Shown here piece after piece: positions 9,393 through 18,402 of a DNA stretch of 64,000 bases. Source of the DNA: Candidatus Tayloriibacteriota bacterium (lineage in GTDB: Bacteria > Patescibacteriota > Minisyncoccia > Phycocordibacterales > PALSA-1337); assembly GCA_003151615.1 (NCBI GenBank), contig PLXZ01000003.1:3545-67544 (forward strand). Reading direction: 5' to 3'. How positions within the stretch are numbered: position 1 is the first letter of the stretch; each line of letters starts with the position of its first letter. The position numbers and the translations under genes were made by a program. The notes beneath the pieces are model-generated. The model did no database searches. It saw nothing but the letters and a program-made list of their open reading frames with translations, and had not been told where the DNA came from.

Positions 9393-10193
9393 TTATTTTT
9401 TATGATTATTCTTGACGACTTTCGCAACCGCATTTCGGTACAAACAATAATCGCAATCGTCCGCGGCCGGCGGCACCGCTTCGCCATCAAGACACTTTTT
9501 ACAATCAAACAAAGCACCCTCGACCCACGCATCCGAACCGGTATACGGAATTAAATCAATATCAAATTCAAGCTTGCCATCAAATGACTTTCGATCGGTT
9601 TTTCCATTGCAGTACACAAAATATCCCGTGTCGGAAACGGTAAAACCGGTGCGACGGACGAGCCATTGATACATTTCCATTTGGCGCTTGTAACCGCCCT
9701 GCCATTCGGCATCGAGCGTGACTTTTGTCTCTTTGCTTGTGGCCTTGTAATCGACAATGATGATTTCGTTCTTGCCTTTTGGACCGGCCTTTTCGCGAAC
9801 CCATAAATCATCGACGGCTCCGGTCATGATGAAATTCGTCGGCTCATGATGAAATTGGACGCCTTTAAAATTTTCGCGCCACTCGTCAAGCTTGCTGTGG
9901 GCGAACGGAATTGCGTCGAGTCCGTACGCCTTCATGAGCGGATGCGCCGTTTTTTTGGCACGGTGAATGTCAAATTCCTTTTTGAGAAGGGTGTCGACGG
10001 CGGAATTGAGGGCAAAAGGATATCCTGGCGGACGTCCCACGCCAAGCCGCCGGTCCAGATAGAAACAGCGCGGACAATCAAGAAAAAGCTCTATTTTCGA
10101 ACGCGAAAGGCGAAAAGGTTCGCCGTCAGGCGCTGCGTTTTTCTTCGGATCATAGAGGTTACGGCTGCGATTCGGATTATAGTATTCGGACAT
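9393..10193 (-). CDS. PD-(D/E)XK nuclease, RecB/Cas4-like with Fe-S cysteine cluster
   Basis: An N-terminal CPRC cysteine plus CKKC-x13-CDYC near the C-terminus give the 1+3 Cys arrangement of Cas4/AddB nuclease domains. GAVDDL and IVDYK give the D...(D/E)xK motifs. RQMEMYQWL gives the RecB-family QxxxY motif. Confidence 0.75.
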   Translation of the reverse strand: MSEYYNPNRSRNLYDPKKNAAPDGEPFRLSRSKIELFLDCPRCFYLDRRLGVGRPPGYPFALNSAVDTLLKKEFDIHRAKKTAHPLMKAYGLDAIPFAHSKLDEWRENFKGVQFHHEPTNFIMTGAVDDLWVREKAGPKGKNEIIIVDYKATSKETKVTLDAEWQGGYKRQMEMYQWLVRRTGFTVSDTGYFVYCNGKTDRKSFDGKLEFDIDLIPYTGSDAWVEGALFDCKKCLDGEAVPPAADDCDYCLYRNAVAKVVKNNHKK

Positions 10194-10231
10194 GCGGCTA
10201 TTCTAGCACACTCGAGAAAATTCAAGAAAAA

Positions 10232-10507
10232 TTATTTGATCGCGCCCTCTTTTTTTAAAATTTCCCTTTTTTTGGCCGTACCTCCTCGGTTATAATTTCC
10301 AAGAGTACCGTCGGAACGGATGACTCGGTGGCATGGAATTTTCGGATCAAAATTGCCGGCCATGATTGTCCCGACCGCGCGTGCGGCTTTCGCATTTCCC
10401 GCCTTGCGCGCCACTCCCGCATACGTCATCACCTTCCCTTTCGGGATTTTTCTGACGATGTCGCGGACTTTTTCGGCAAAGGTTTTTGGCGTGGCTTTCA
10501 TGCGCAC
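10232..10507 (-). CDS. MGMT-family protein (O6-alkylguanine-DNA alkyltransferase DNA-binding domain only, active-site PCHRV retained)
   Basis: 91 aa. The PCHRV active-site motif and the surrounding helix-turn-helix of the Ogt/Ada C-terminal domain are present. There is no N-terminal domain. Confidence 0.8.
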   Translation of the reverse strand: MRMKATPKTFAEKVRDIVRKIPKGKVMTYAGVARKAGNAKAARAVGTIMAGNFDPKIPCHRVIRSDGTLGNYNRGGTAKKREILKKEGAIK

Positions 10508-10568
10508 ATTATAACAGAAAATATCATATCAAATTATGTCAGCGCGGGATTGATATGTCTTTTTTCTT

Positions 10569-10752
10569 CACCATCATGCAAATGCGAATGCGAAAATCTC
10601 GGGTCATATTTAGAGGCATATTTTATATGAAGAAGATATTAAATTCGCATTTGCGAATCGGGAATTTTGGGTCGAGGTTTTAAGCCATACTTTCGCTGTC
10701 AAAATAGAGTTTTTCGCATTTGCATGATGGTGATGTTTAAAGAGAGACTCCG
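10569..10752. repeat. Hairpin-forming repeat element, copy B (expanded)
   Basis: The arms are the same as copy A (gcaaatgcgaatgcgaaaat / cgcatttgcatg) but read caccatcatg/catgatggtg instead of catcagcatg/catgctgatg, so pairing is preserved. The internal segment is duplicated, and the tail is tttaaagagagactccgc. Confidence 0.8.
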
Positions 10753-10778
10753 CCCGCCATCCATGCTACTATGGCCGA

Positions 10779-12068
10779 ATGAAAAAAGGAGCGGCAAAAG
10801 AAGACCGAATATGGGACGTCATCGTTGTTGGCGGCGGACCGGCGGGCATGATGGCCGCGGGACGTGCGGCTGAACGCGGCGCCAGCGTTCTCCTCCTGGA
10901 GAAAAACGAATCTCTCGGCAAAAAACTGCTCATTACCGGCGGCGGACGATGCAATGTGACAAATGCCGAGCTCGACACGCGCGCATTGCTCGCGAAATTC
11001 AAGGACAGCGACCAATTTCTGTTTTCGGCTTTTACACAGTACGGTGTCGCCGAAACGCTCGACTTTTTTCATACGCGTAACATGCCGACAAAAGAAGAAG
11101 CTCTCAAGCGCGTTTTCCCCGCAAGCAATACCGCCCAATCAGTCTGGGAAACGCTTGTCGCATATTTGAAAGCGAGCGACGCAACAATCATGTCGAATGC
11201 GCAGGTCATCAAATTCAATGCATCGGAAGAAAAAGGCGCGCAAAAAATTACATCCGTATCATTGAAAGGAGGAAAAGAAATCCGCGGTAAATCATTTATT
11301 CTGGCAACCGGCGGCACATCGCGGCCGGAAACCGGTTCGACGGGAGATGGATTTAAATGGCTGCGCGAGCTCGGACACAAAGTTTCCGAACCAAGCACGG
11401 CACTCGTGCCGATTTCAATAAAGGACGTGTGGGCGAAAAAACTGGCCGGACTTACCTTGCCCGAGATAAAAATCACCGTCCTGCAAAATGACGTTAAACA
11501 AAGCATGAAAAAAGGCAAGATTCTTTTTACTCACGTCGGTTTGAGCGGTCCGACCATTTTGAACATGAGCAAAGACATTGGCGAGCTTCTCAAATACGGC
11601 GACGTTTCCGTTTCGCTTGACCTTGCGCCATCGCACGATTTCAGTACGCTTAATACGGCATTACAGGAACTTTTTAAAAAGGAACATCGCAAAAAAATTA
11701 AAAATGCTTTTGGCGAAAGCTTCGGTGACTTGATTCCTAATCGTCTTGTTCCAATCATTCTCGAACGTTCGGGGATTTCTCCAGAAACCGCATGTAACAG
11801 CGTAACCCGCGAACAGCGCATCGCCTTGATGCAGGTCATAAAAGATTTACGCATGCACGTTCGCGGACTTTTGGGCGTCGACAAGGCAGTCGTCACTTCC
11901 GGCGGTGTCGCCCTTTCCGAAATTGATTTCAAAACCATGCAATCGCGCATTGTGCCAAACCTATATGTTGTCGGCGACGTACTCGACATCGACCGTCCTT
12001 CGGGCGGCTACAGCCTTCAATTGTGCTGGACAACGGGATGGGTTGCGGGTGATAACGTAGCGAAATAA
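10779..12068 (+). CDS. NAD(P)/FAD-dependent oxidoreductase, HI0933/BaiN family
   Basis: VIVVGGGPAGMMAA dinucleotide-binding motif, GGGRCNVTN, and the C-terminal block characteristic of HI0933-like flavoproteins. Confidence 0.85.
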   Translation: MKKGAAKEDRIWDVIVVGGGPAGMMAAGRAAERGASVLLLEKNESLGKKLLITGGGRCNVTNAELDTRALLAKFKDSDQFLFSAFTQYGVAETLDFFHTRNMPTKEEALKRVFPASNTAQSVWETLVAYLKASDATIMSNAQVIKFNASEEKGAQKITSVSLKGGKEIRGKSFILATGGTSRPETGSTGDGFKWLRELGHKVSEPSTALVPISIKDVWAKKLAGLTLPEIKITVLQNDVKQSMKKGKILFTHVGLSGPTILNMSKDIGELLKYGDVSVSLDLAPSHDFSTLNTALQELFKKEHRKKIKNAFGESFGDLIPNRLVPIILERSGISPETACNSVTREQRIALMQVIKDLRMHVRGLLGVDKAVVTSGGVALSEIDFKTMQSRIVPNLYVVGDVLDIDRPSGGYSLQLCWTTGWVAGDNVAK

Positions 12069-12070
12069 GT

Positions 12071-13825
12071 TTACTTAACATACCCCAATAAAACCCTCGC
12101 CAAACGGATGTCCTTGAACGAAACGCTCGCACCTACTTTTGATTTGACGGGAGAAAGAAGCGGTGGTTTGCCTTCGGAATCGCCAGTCTGGGCGAGAGAA
12201 ACTTCTTCCATGGCTGTCTCAATTTTTTTAAAATGTTTCGCGGAAATTTCGTGTTTCAAATATGCGATGTCGGATTGCGAAATAGTTTCGTCCGCGATGA
12301 GGCGCTCTATGTGGTCGATGACGGTTTCAACGACAATGCCGCGCGCCGTTGCAATTTCTTTCAAGGATTTTTTCTGAAGAAGCAACTTGGCAGTGATATC
12401 GAATGTCGAAGTTTTTCCAGAACGATAGCCGGTGAATTCTTCATCGCCCTTCTTCCCCATCTTATGCATCGGCGCGGCCTGGGCCAAAAATTCGTTTTGC
12501 GAACGGGCGATTTCAACGGCATCAGTGCCGGACAAAACAGACTGGGCCTTGTCTGACAATGTGCGAAGATTGCGATCATATTTTAAAACTTCAGGATGGA
12601 CCTGCAGAGCCGCTTCGTTTATTCCCAAAATAGTGAGGCCTGCGAGCGTCCGCACGCGCGACAAAGCCACATATCCCATACCAGGCTCAAACGAACGCGA
12701 CAGGTCGACTTCAATGGCGTCGAGGCTCATTCCCTGGCTTTTATGCACGGTAATGGCCCAGGCCAAACGCAGTGGGTACTGATTGATTTCGGCGATGACG
12801 CGGCCTTCGTCTTCGATTCGCCAGCTGGCCTGTTCAATCATGATGCGCTCGCCCTGCGGATGTTCGCGCGACGGTGCAGTAATGATCGTCGGATCAAGAC
12901 CCGGTCCGCAGGAAACGACGACGCCGAGCGTTCCATTTACGTATCCCTTGTCAAAATTATTTTTGACGCACATGACGCGCGCGCCTTTTCGCAGACGCAA
13001 AGTTTCCGGCGCAAGACATGATTTTTTCAAGCCATCAACAAGCGGTTTTCGCCCGGTCGAACGCATTTCATATATAAATTCGGGAGAATTGACTTTCGAC
13101 AGTGCATTCTCGTTTATGACATCAACATCCGCATTGTGCGTATACAACCGCGTCGATTCAACCATCGGCAAACCTTCATCGTCCACAAGTTCCGACCGGA
13201 CGTTATGGCGACTGCGCAAATGTTCGCGGGCTTCGTCGGAAACTTCGCCGCTGCGGATTTCATTCAAAATGGTCAAGGAAATATCATCGACCTGTCGGTA
13301 ATTTTCGGACAAATAGCAGACGGTAAATTTTCCGTCATGCCATGCCTTTGAACGATATATGAAATGAGTCTCTCGGTCGCCGTATCGCGACACCGGCGGA
13401 AGCTGAAAAAAATCTCCGCACAAAACGACCTGCACGCCACCGAACGGCTTGTCGGATTTACGGACATGCTTCATAACCTGATCAATCAAATCAAGTCGGA
13501 AATGGTGCAGCATCGAAACCTCGTCGATGATCAGAACTTTCGTCTCCTGCATTCGCTTGCGCAGCCCCGCTTTATCAAAAATCGATTCCAAATCGTGCTC
13601 GGTCAAATCGTCTTTTACTCCAATTCCCGACCATGAATGTATGGTCATGCCGCCCATATGTGTTGCCGCGATTCCGGTGGACGCGGTAATACCCGTCGGC
13701 ACGCCGTGCTCACGCAAATACGCAATATATTGATTGACGACATGCGTTTTACCGGAACCCGCCGGTCCCGTTATGAAAACATTCACGCCCGTCTTTAAAA
13801 TGTCGAGTGCTTCGCGCTGAATCAT
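12071..13825 (-). CDS. ATP-dependent DNA helicase, Pif1/RecD-like (SF1B) with C-terminal HTH domain
   Basis: Walker A GPAGSGKT, LIIDEVSM (Walker B/DExx), and the Pif1 family C-terminal region with an HTH-like segment. Confidence 0.85.
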   Translation of the reverse strand: MIQREALDILKTGVNVFITGPAGSGKTHVVNQYIAYLREHGVPTGITASTGIAATHMGGMTIHSWSGIGVKDDLTEHDLESIFDKAGLRKRMQETKVLIIDEVSMLHHFRLDLIDQVMKHVRKSDKPFGGVQVVLCGDFFQLPPVSRYGDRETHFIYRSKAWHDGKFTVCYLSENYRQVDDISLTILNEIRSGEVSDEAREHLRSRHNVRSELVDDEGLPMVESTRLYTHNADVDVINENALSKVNSPEFIYEMRSTGRKPLVDGLKKSCLAPETLRLRKGARVMCVKNNFDKGYVNGTLGVVVSCGPGLDPTIITAPSREHPQGERIMIEQASWRIEDEGRVIAEINQYPLRLAWAITVHKSQGMSLDAIEVDLSRSFEPGMGYVALSRVRTLAGLTILGINEAALQVHPEVLKYDRNLRTLSDKAQSVLSGTDAVEIARSQNEFLAQAAPMHKMGKKGDEEFTGYRSGKTSTFDITAKLLLQKKSLKEIATARGIVVETVIDHIERLIADETISQSDIAYLKHEISAKHFKKIETAMEEVSLAQTGDSEGKPPLLSPVKSKVGASVSFKDIRLARVLLGYVK

Positions 13826-13855
13826 GGGAACAGTATAGCAAGTTTTGCCTTCTTT

Positions 13856-14545
13856 CTATATTTTCGGAGTACCCGGAGCGTGTTCCGGCGCCGACTGCGC
13901 CTGCACCGAATTCTTTGGAACAGTAGCCCGCGGAAGAAGAATGCCACTCGGCACGAACAGCAAGACGAGTGCGCTCACAAACGAAAATATTCCGGTTAGA
14001 ATGAAAACCGCGTCGTAGCCGAAATAATTCGCGAGTGTCCCGCCGATCAAAGCCGCGATGCCCGAAGCGATTCCGATTGTCGTGGAATCGAGAGACCAGT
14101 CGAACGTATAGTGATCCTTGTCCAAGTGCCGCGAAAAAATAGCCGACCAGGATGGTGCGTAGAGACCGTACGCTATCGCCTGCAAAAACACGGCCAAAAA
14201 CAATCCAGGAACCGTGGAAATGATCGGGAACGTCATCGCGGCAAAGCCGGCCAAAACCAGGCCGCACACCAATGCCTTAAAATCGCGGTTTTCGCCTTGG
14301 CCTTTGTCCAGATAAACCGCCGAGGGAATCTGGAAAATCGCCTTCACGATCCAATACAATGCCGACGCGAAGCCGACGGTCAAAAGCGTCGCGCCCGCCA
14401 CACGCCCGATAATGAACAAGCCCATGATCGGATTGACGATTCCCCACCCTCCCCACAAAAACAGATCCACCAAAACGAGCGCACGAATGACGCGGTTTAT
14501 CTTGATGTCCTTCGGATTGAAATGAATGTCTACTTTGAAGCGCAT
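13856..14545 (-). CDS. Hypothetical integral membrane protein (6 TM, MFS-half-like)
   Basis: 229 aa with about 6 hydrophobic helices and no recognisable catalytic motifs. Confidence 0.5.
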   Translation of the reverse strand: MRFKVDIHFNPKDIKINRVIRALVLVDLFLWGGWGIVNPIMGLFIIGRVAGATLLTVGFASALYWIVKAIFQIPSAVYLDKGQGENRDFKALVCGLVLAGFAAMTFPIISTVPGLFLAVFLQAIAYGLYAPSWSAIFSRHLDKDHYTFDWSLDSTTIGIASGIAALIGGTLANYFGYDAVFILTGIFSFVSALVLLFVPSGILLPRATVPKNSVQAQSAPEHAPGTPKI

Positions 14546-14579
14546 GCGTAATATTTAATATATTTAATGAAGCGAATCG

Positions 14580-15629
14580 CTAAACCCGGGCTTTTGAACT
14601 CCGGTAAATTTCAAGAAGCGAAAAGAGGAGCGCCAAAACTAACGGACCGAGGACGAAGCCAATCGGACCGAAGAAGACGATGCCGCCAAGAACCGACAGC
14701 AAGATGACGAATTGGTGGATTTTAATTCCGCGGTTGACCACGTAGGAGCCAAGCATGTTGTCGATGAGGATAATCGCCATGATTCCCCAGATCACCAGGC
14801 CGATTGCCGGACCGAAATTGCCCGTCAAAAACAGATAGACGATTCCGGGCACCAGGACAAGCGACGTGCCGATTCCCGGAATGAGGGCCGCGATCGCGGC
14901 GATGGAGCCCCATACGACGGGGCTTGGCACTCCGAAAATAGCGAAGCTCGTGCCGATCGAAATACCCTGCAAAATCGCCACTGAAATCGAGCCGACGAAA
15001 ATCGCCCGCACCGCCTGTTCCAATTTCGCGAAAATATGCTGGTCGTCGATGTCGCCGAGCGGCGAGAGCATGATGATCTGGCGCTTCAACTCATGCCCGT
15101 CGCGCAGAAAATAGAAGAGGGCCAGACACATGACAAAAAATCCGACGGTGATGCGCGCTACTTCGGCGAAGACGACATTAAAATTGCTGAAAACCCATTG
15201 CAAGATATTCTGCACGATGCCGACAATGTTGAACGAATCAAAGGTGAAGCCCGGATAGAGATTTGGGAAATAACCTTGGAGTGTGCCGAATGCCGTATTG
15301 AGAGTATTAATGAAAGCCTGCCTTCCCGCTTCATTTATCAGATACGCATACATCGAATTCGCTTCATCGTAAATTTTCAGCAGAACGAATATAAGCGGAC
15401 CGACAACGACGACGGCAATGACCACTACGGTCAGCAACGCACCGAATGTGCTCTTTTCACGCTTGCCAAAAAAAGTATTGGTAATCCATCGGTGCAAGGG
15501 GTCGAAAATAACGGCCAATGCCATCGCTAAAACGAGCGGTGTCAAAAACGGCAGGAAGATAAAAACGGCCAGCACCATAACCGCGAGAAGCAATCCGAAG
15601 AAAAAATAGCTGGGTGCGGGAGATATCAT
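14580..15629 (-). CDS. AI-2E family transporter (PerM/UPF0118)
   Basis: 349 aa with 8 TM helices. It has the typical AI-2E architecture, with a long N-terminal TM pair, a central soluble loop and a C-terminal TM bundle. Confidence 0.85.
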   Translation of the reverse strand: MISPAPSYFFFGLLLAVMVLAVFIFLPFLTPLVLAMALAVIFDPLHRWITNTFFGKREKSTFGALLTVVVIAVVVVGPLIFVLLKIYDEANSMYAYLINEAGRQAFINTLNTAFGTLQGYFPNLYPGFTFDSFNIVGIVQNILQWVFSNFNVVFAEVARITVGFFVMCLALFYFLRDGHELKRQIIMLSPLGDIDDQHIFAKLEQAVRAIFVGSISVAILQGISIGTSFAIFGVPSPVVWGSIAAIAALIPGIGTSLVLVPGIVYLFLTGNFGPAIGLVIWGIMAIILIDNMLGSYVVNRGIKIHQFVILLSVLGGIVFFGPIGFVLGPLVLALLFSLLEIYRSSKARV

Positions 15630-15636
15630 GGGAATA

Positions 15637-16083
15637 TTATATCATAACTATTTTATCCATCGGCAATCGGCGAATGTGACGGCTCAAAGCTTGCGCATTC
15701 GGGATCGTTTTTTCGACAAGCACCCAAAAATCGCGGCCGTGATTGAGCTCAACAAGATGGCACAATTCATGCACGATGACATAGTCGCGCAATTCCGGGG
15801 AAAGATGCACAAGCCGATAATTGAAGTTCAAATTTTTCTGGGCTGAACAGCTTCCCCATCGCGAACGCTGGTTGCGGATGCTGACGCGGCCGAATTTCAT
15901 TTTTGTAGCAAAAGCCGGATCGAGTCGGACATATTCCCCCGCAAAATATTCAAGCCGCGACAAAATAATTTCACGCGCCGCGTTTTTATGCGCGACATAA
16001 TCGGCGCGATTCGGAGATTTGGGCATTCGACCGGCGCGGCGAACCCTGCGGCGCACTTTTCTTCGGCGATAGATATAAAACAT
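15637..16083 (-). CDS. YgjP-like metal-dependent hydrolase (DUF45/M48-like, HEXXH)
   Basis: A HELCHL zinc-binding motif near the C-terminus and a size typical of YgjP/WLM-like proteins. Confidence 0.75.
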   Translation of the reverse strand: MFYIYRRRKVRRRVRRAGRMPKSPNRADYVAHKNAAREIILSRLEYFAGEYVRLDPAFATKMKFGRVSIRNQRSRWGSCSAQKNLNFNYRLVHLSPELRDYVIVHELCHLVELNHGRDFWVLVEKTIPNAQALSRHIRRLPMDKIVMI

Positions 16084-16095
16084 TTCCCAAGTATA

Positions 16096-16845
16096 CTACT
16101 TTAACAGACTTAACCAGGAAAATATCCCGCCGAGACCCTTCCAAAATCCGGAGAAAAATTGTACTAAAAAATTACCCTTTTTGTCTTTTGTTGTCGAAGG
16201 TTTTGGCGGTTCTTCCGGTTTGCTCGTTGACGTCGAAGACGATCCGTACGATGAGCTTGAATAGTACGAAGTTCCCGTGCGCGTATTGTTTTGATTGTTC
16301 TGATTTTGAGGGTTATTGTTTCGACGTTCGTTCGGATTTGGCGTTCCACCCGTCTCAGCGGAAGAATTTCCTGTTGACGAGCCTCTTTCCGCACCGGGTC
16401 CGGCGCCTGCACCGGGTCCGGCACCCGCGCCAGATCCTCCGTTTGTTTCCGTACGCGTCCGTCGAGCTCTCGCGCGTTCGTACCGCAATCTCTCATCATA
16501 TTCCGCCCGTTGAGTTGAATCTTTCAACGCAGTGTAAGCTTCCGAGAGATATCGATACGCAACATCATCCCCTCCCACACCCGTATCCGGATGATATTTT
16601 TTTGAAAGTTTTCTAAAACTTATTTTAATTTCGTGAATTGTCGCCGTTTCCGAAACATCGAGACGTTCATAATAATTCATTTTGGAAAGTTCTTCGGCGG
16701 TGCGAAGTTTCTCCGGTTCTGGTTCGGGTGCCGCTTCCGGTTCGGGTATAGGGTCGGCTTCAGGTTCAAGACTGGGTTTGTCTGCAACCTCCACTTCCGA
16801 AGGAGGAGTATCGATCATTTGTAACCCAAATTCTTCCATTGACAT
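16096..16845 (-). CDS. J-domain (DnaJ-like) protein with acidic PE-repeat N-terminus and Gly/Asn/Ser-rich C-terminus
   Basis: YYERLDV...KKYHPD...AYTAL gives a J-domain with the HPD tripeptide. The flanking regions are low-complexity. Confidence 0.8.
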   Translation of the reverse strand: MSMEEFGLQMIDTPPSEVEVADKPSLEPEADPIPEPEAAPEPEPEKLRTAEELSKMNYYERLDVSETATIHEIKISFRKLSKKYHPDTGVGGDDVAYRYLSEAYTALKDSTQRAEYDERLRYERARARRTRTETNGGSGAGAGPGAGAGPGAERGSSTGNSSAETGGTPNPNERRNNNPQNQNNQNNTRTGTSYYSSSSYGSSSTSTSKPEEPPKPSTTKDKKGNFLVQFFSGFWKGLGGIFSWLSLLK

Positions 16846-16992
16846 GGTTTATTTATACCATACATTCTAATTATTTCAAGTTACGTAATTATTGCCACAC
16901 ATTGACGACAAGCCCGATAAATTGTAGATTCAAGCTAGGACAGCAGGCAAACCAAAAAACAACGGCAAAATGCCGTCACAAAAGCACATTTT

Positions 16993-18006
16993 ATGAAGAA
17001 ATATAACGTCGGTGTAGTCGGTGTCGGAGCGGTCGGGGCCGAAATGGTCAGACTGCTGGAACAACGCAACTTCCCCATTGATTCATTGCGAGTTTTCGGG
17101 CGAACCGAACGCGAGGAACATATTGCGGACAAAGCCCGCATTGTCGAAATGACGACGGCGGAAGTATTCCACGGCCTCGACTTCGCATTTTTTGCGGGGA
17201 CGGAAGGCGAAAAAGGAGCTTCGAAACAGTTCGGCTGGGAAGCGGCCAAATACGATTGCATCGTCATCGACAACGGTGACGACTTTCGCATGGATTCGCG
17301 CGTGCCCTTGGTCATTCCGGAAATTAATCCGGAAGCGCTCAAAGGCCACCGCCGCTTCATCGCCAATCCCAACTGCAGCACGATTATCATGCTCATGGCT
17401 CTCGCTCCCCTACACCGGTTCAACAAAATCCGGCGCATCACGGCAAGCACCTATCAGGCGGTATCCGGCAGCGGATCCGCGGGGGTGAAGGAGCTGGATC
17501 GGCAGGCTACGGCATGGGCACACGGGCATGAACTTTTTCATGAAGTTTACCCGCATCCGATTCTCCACAATGTCATTCCCGCAGTCGGCTCATTCAAAAG
17601 CGACGACGGTGAAAGCACCGAGGAAATCAAAATGCGCAAGGAAACGCATAAAATTCTGGTTGACGATTCGATTCTTATTTCAACCACGTGCGTTCGTGTG
17701 CCAGTTGTGAACGGACACAGCATGTCGCTGAACGTCGAATTCGAAGAGCCGATGCCACCGGAACAAGCGAGAGAAATTCTCGGCGTAGCTCCCGGCATCG
17801 TGCTCATGGACAACCCGAAAGTGCACTTCTACCCCACGCCGTTACGGGCATCGGGAATATCGGAAGTGCTCGTCGGCCGCATCCGCCGAGACCAAAGCGT
17901 CGCGGGCGGAAAAGGCCTCACTCTGTTCTGCTCCGGCGACAATATCTGGAAAGGCGCTGCGCTGAACGCAATACAGATTGCGGAAGCGCTGATACGGGGC
18001 AAATAA
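16993..18006 (+). CDS. asd: Aspartate-semialdehyde dehydrogenase
   Basis: VGVVGVGAVG Rossmann motif, the NPNCST active-site Cys, and a length and C-terminal domain typical of Asd. Confidence 0.9.
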   Translation: MKKYNVGVVGVGAVGAEMVRLLEQRNFPIDSLRVFGRTEREEHIADKARIVEMTTAEVFHGLDFAFFAGTEGEKGASKQFGWEAAKYDCIVIDNGDDFRMDSRVPLVIPEINPEALKGHRRFIANPNCSTIIMLMALAPLHRFNKIRRITASTYQAVSGSGSAGVKELDRQATAWAHGHELFHEVYPHPILHNVIPAVGSFKSDDGESTEEIKMRKETHKILVDDSILISTTCVRVPVVNGHSMSLNVEFEEPMPPEQAREILGVAPGIVLMDNPKVHFYPTPLRASGISEVLVGRIRRDQSVAGGKGLTLFCSGDNIWKGAALNAIQIAEALIRGK

Positions 18007-18032
18007 AATTGCCGTGGAAACAATCACATAAT

Positions 18033-18064
18033 GCCCGATACGAAAGTATCGGGTGTTTTTTATT
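18033..18064 (+). terminator. Rho-independent terminator (bidirectional position)
   Basis: cccgatacgaaagtatcggg hairpin followed by tgtttttt. Confidence 0.7.
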
Positions 18065-18378
18065 TAACTTTCCAATTTATAGATATCCAAAGCCACCTCT
18101 TCATAGGGATGAACTTTTTTGACCGCCAAAATCACACTCTCCACGATATCCGTATTGCATGTCACTTCAATTCGTTCTTCCTCAACTTCTTCAAGTTTCC
18201 CTACTTCTCCTATATGCGGCTGGGCCCCTTCCTGCGGTTTAAATCTTCCAATCCCTCGAATCGAAAAACTGCAGAAAGAATAATTGCCAATTTTGCCGGC
18301 ACTGGCTTCACCAATCGCTTTTCGCACAATGTCGGCATGGCTTGAGGGAACGTAGATGATGAGTTTGGAATTGGGCAT
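18064..18378 (-). CDS. Stand-alone Nif3-insert-like PII-fold protein (COG3323-like)
   Basis: AGKIGNYSFCSF...G.GRFKP.EGA.PHIGE.G.LEEVEEERIEV...HPYEEVA.DIY.L matches the PII-like insert domain of Nif3/YqfO proteins. Confidence 0.55.
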   Translation of the reverse strand: MPNSKLIIYVPSSHADIVRKAIGEASAGKIGNYSFCSFSIRGIGRFKPQEGAQPHIGEVGKLEEVEEERIEVTCNTDIVESVILAVKKVHPYEEVALDIYKLES

Positions 18379-18402
18379 TAAAAAAAATAATTACTAACCG
18401 AG

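Noticed and set aside
10486-10873. Plus-strand ORFs 10486..10683 and 10667..10873
   Set aside because: They lie within and over the repeat copy B and the promoter region. Their sequence is explained by the repeat, and their composition is not protein-like.
13749-14267. 172-aa minus-strand ORF overlapping the 13856..14545 membrane-protein gene
   Set aside because: It is an alternative frame of the same region, Arg-rich, with composition typical of an out-of-frame GC-rich read-through. The membrane-protein frame is more plausible.
16164-16616. ORFs on both strands inside the J-domain protein gene
   Set aside because: They arise from the low-complexity GC-rich repeat region of the J-domain gene.
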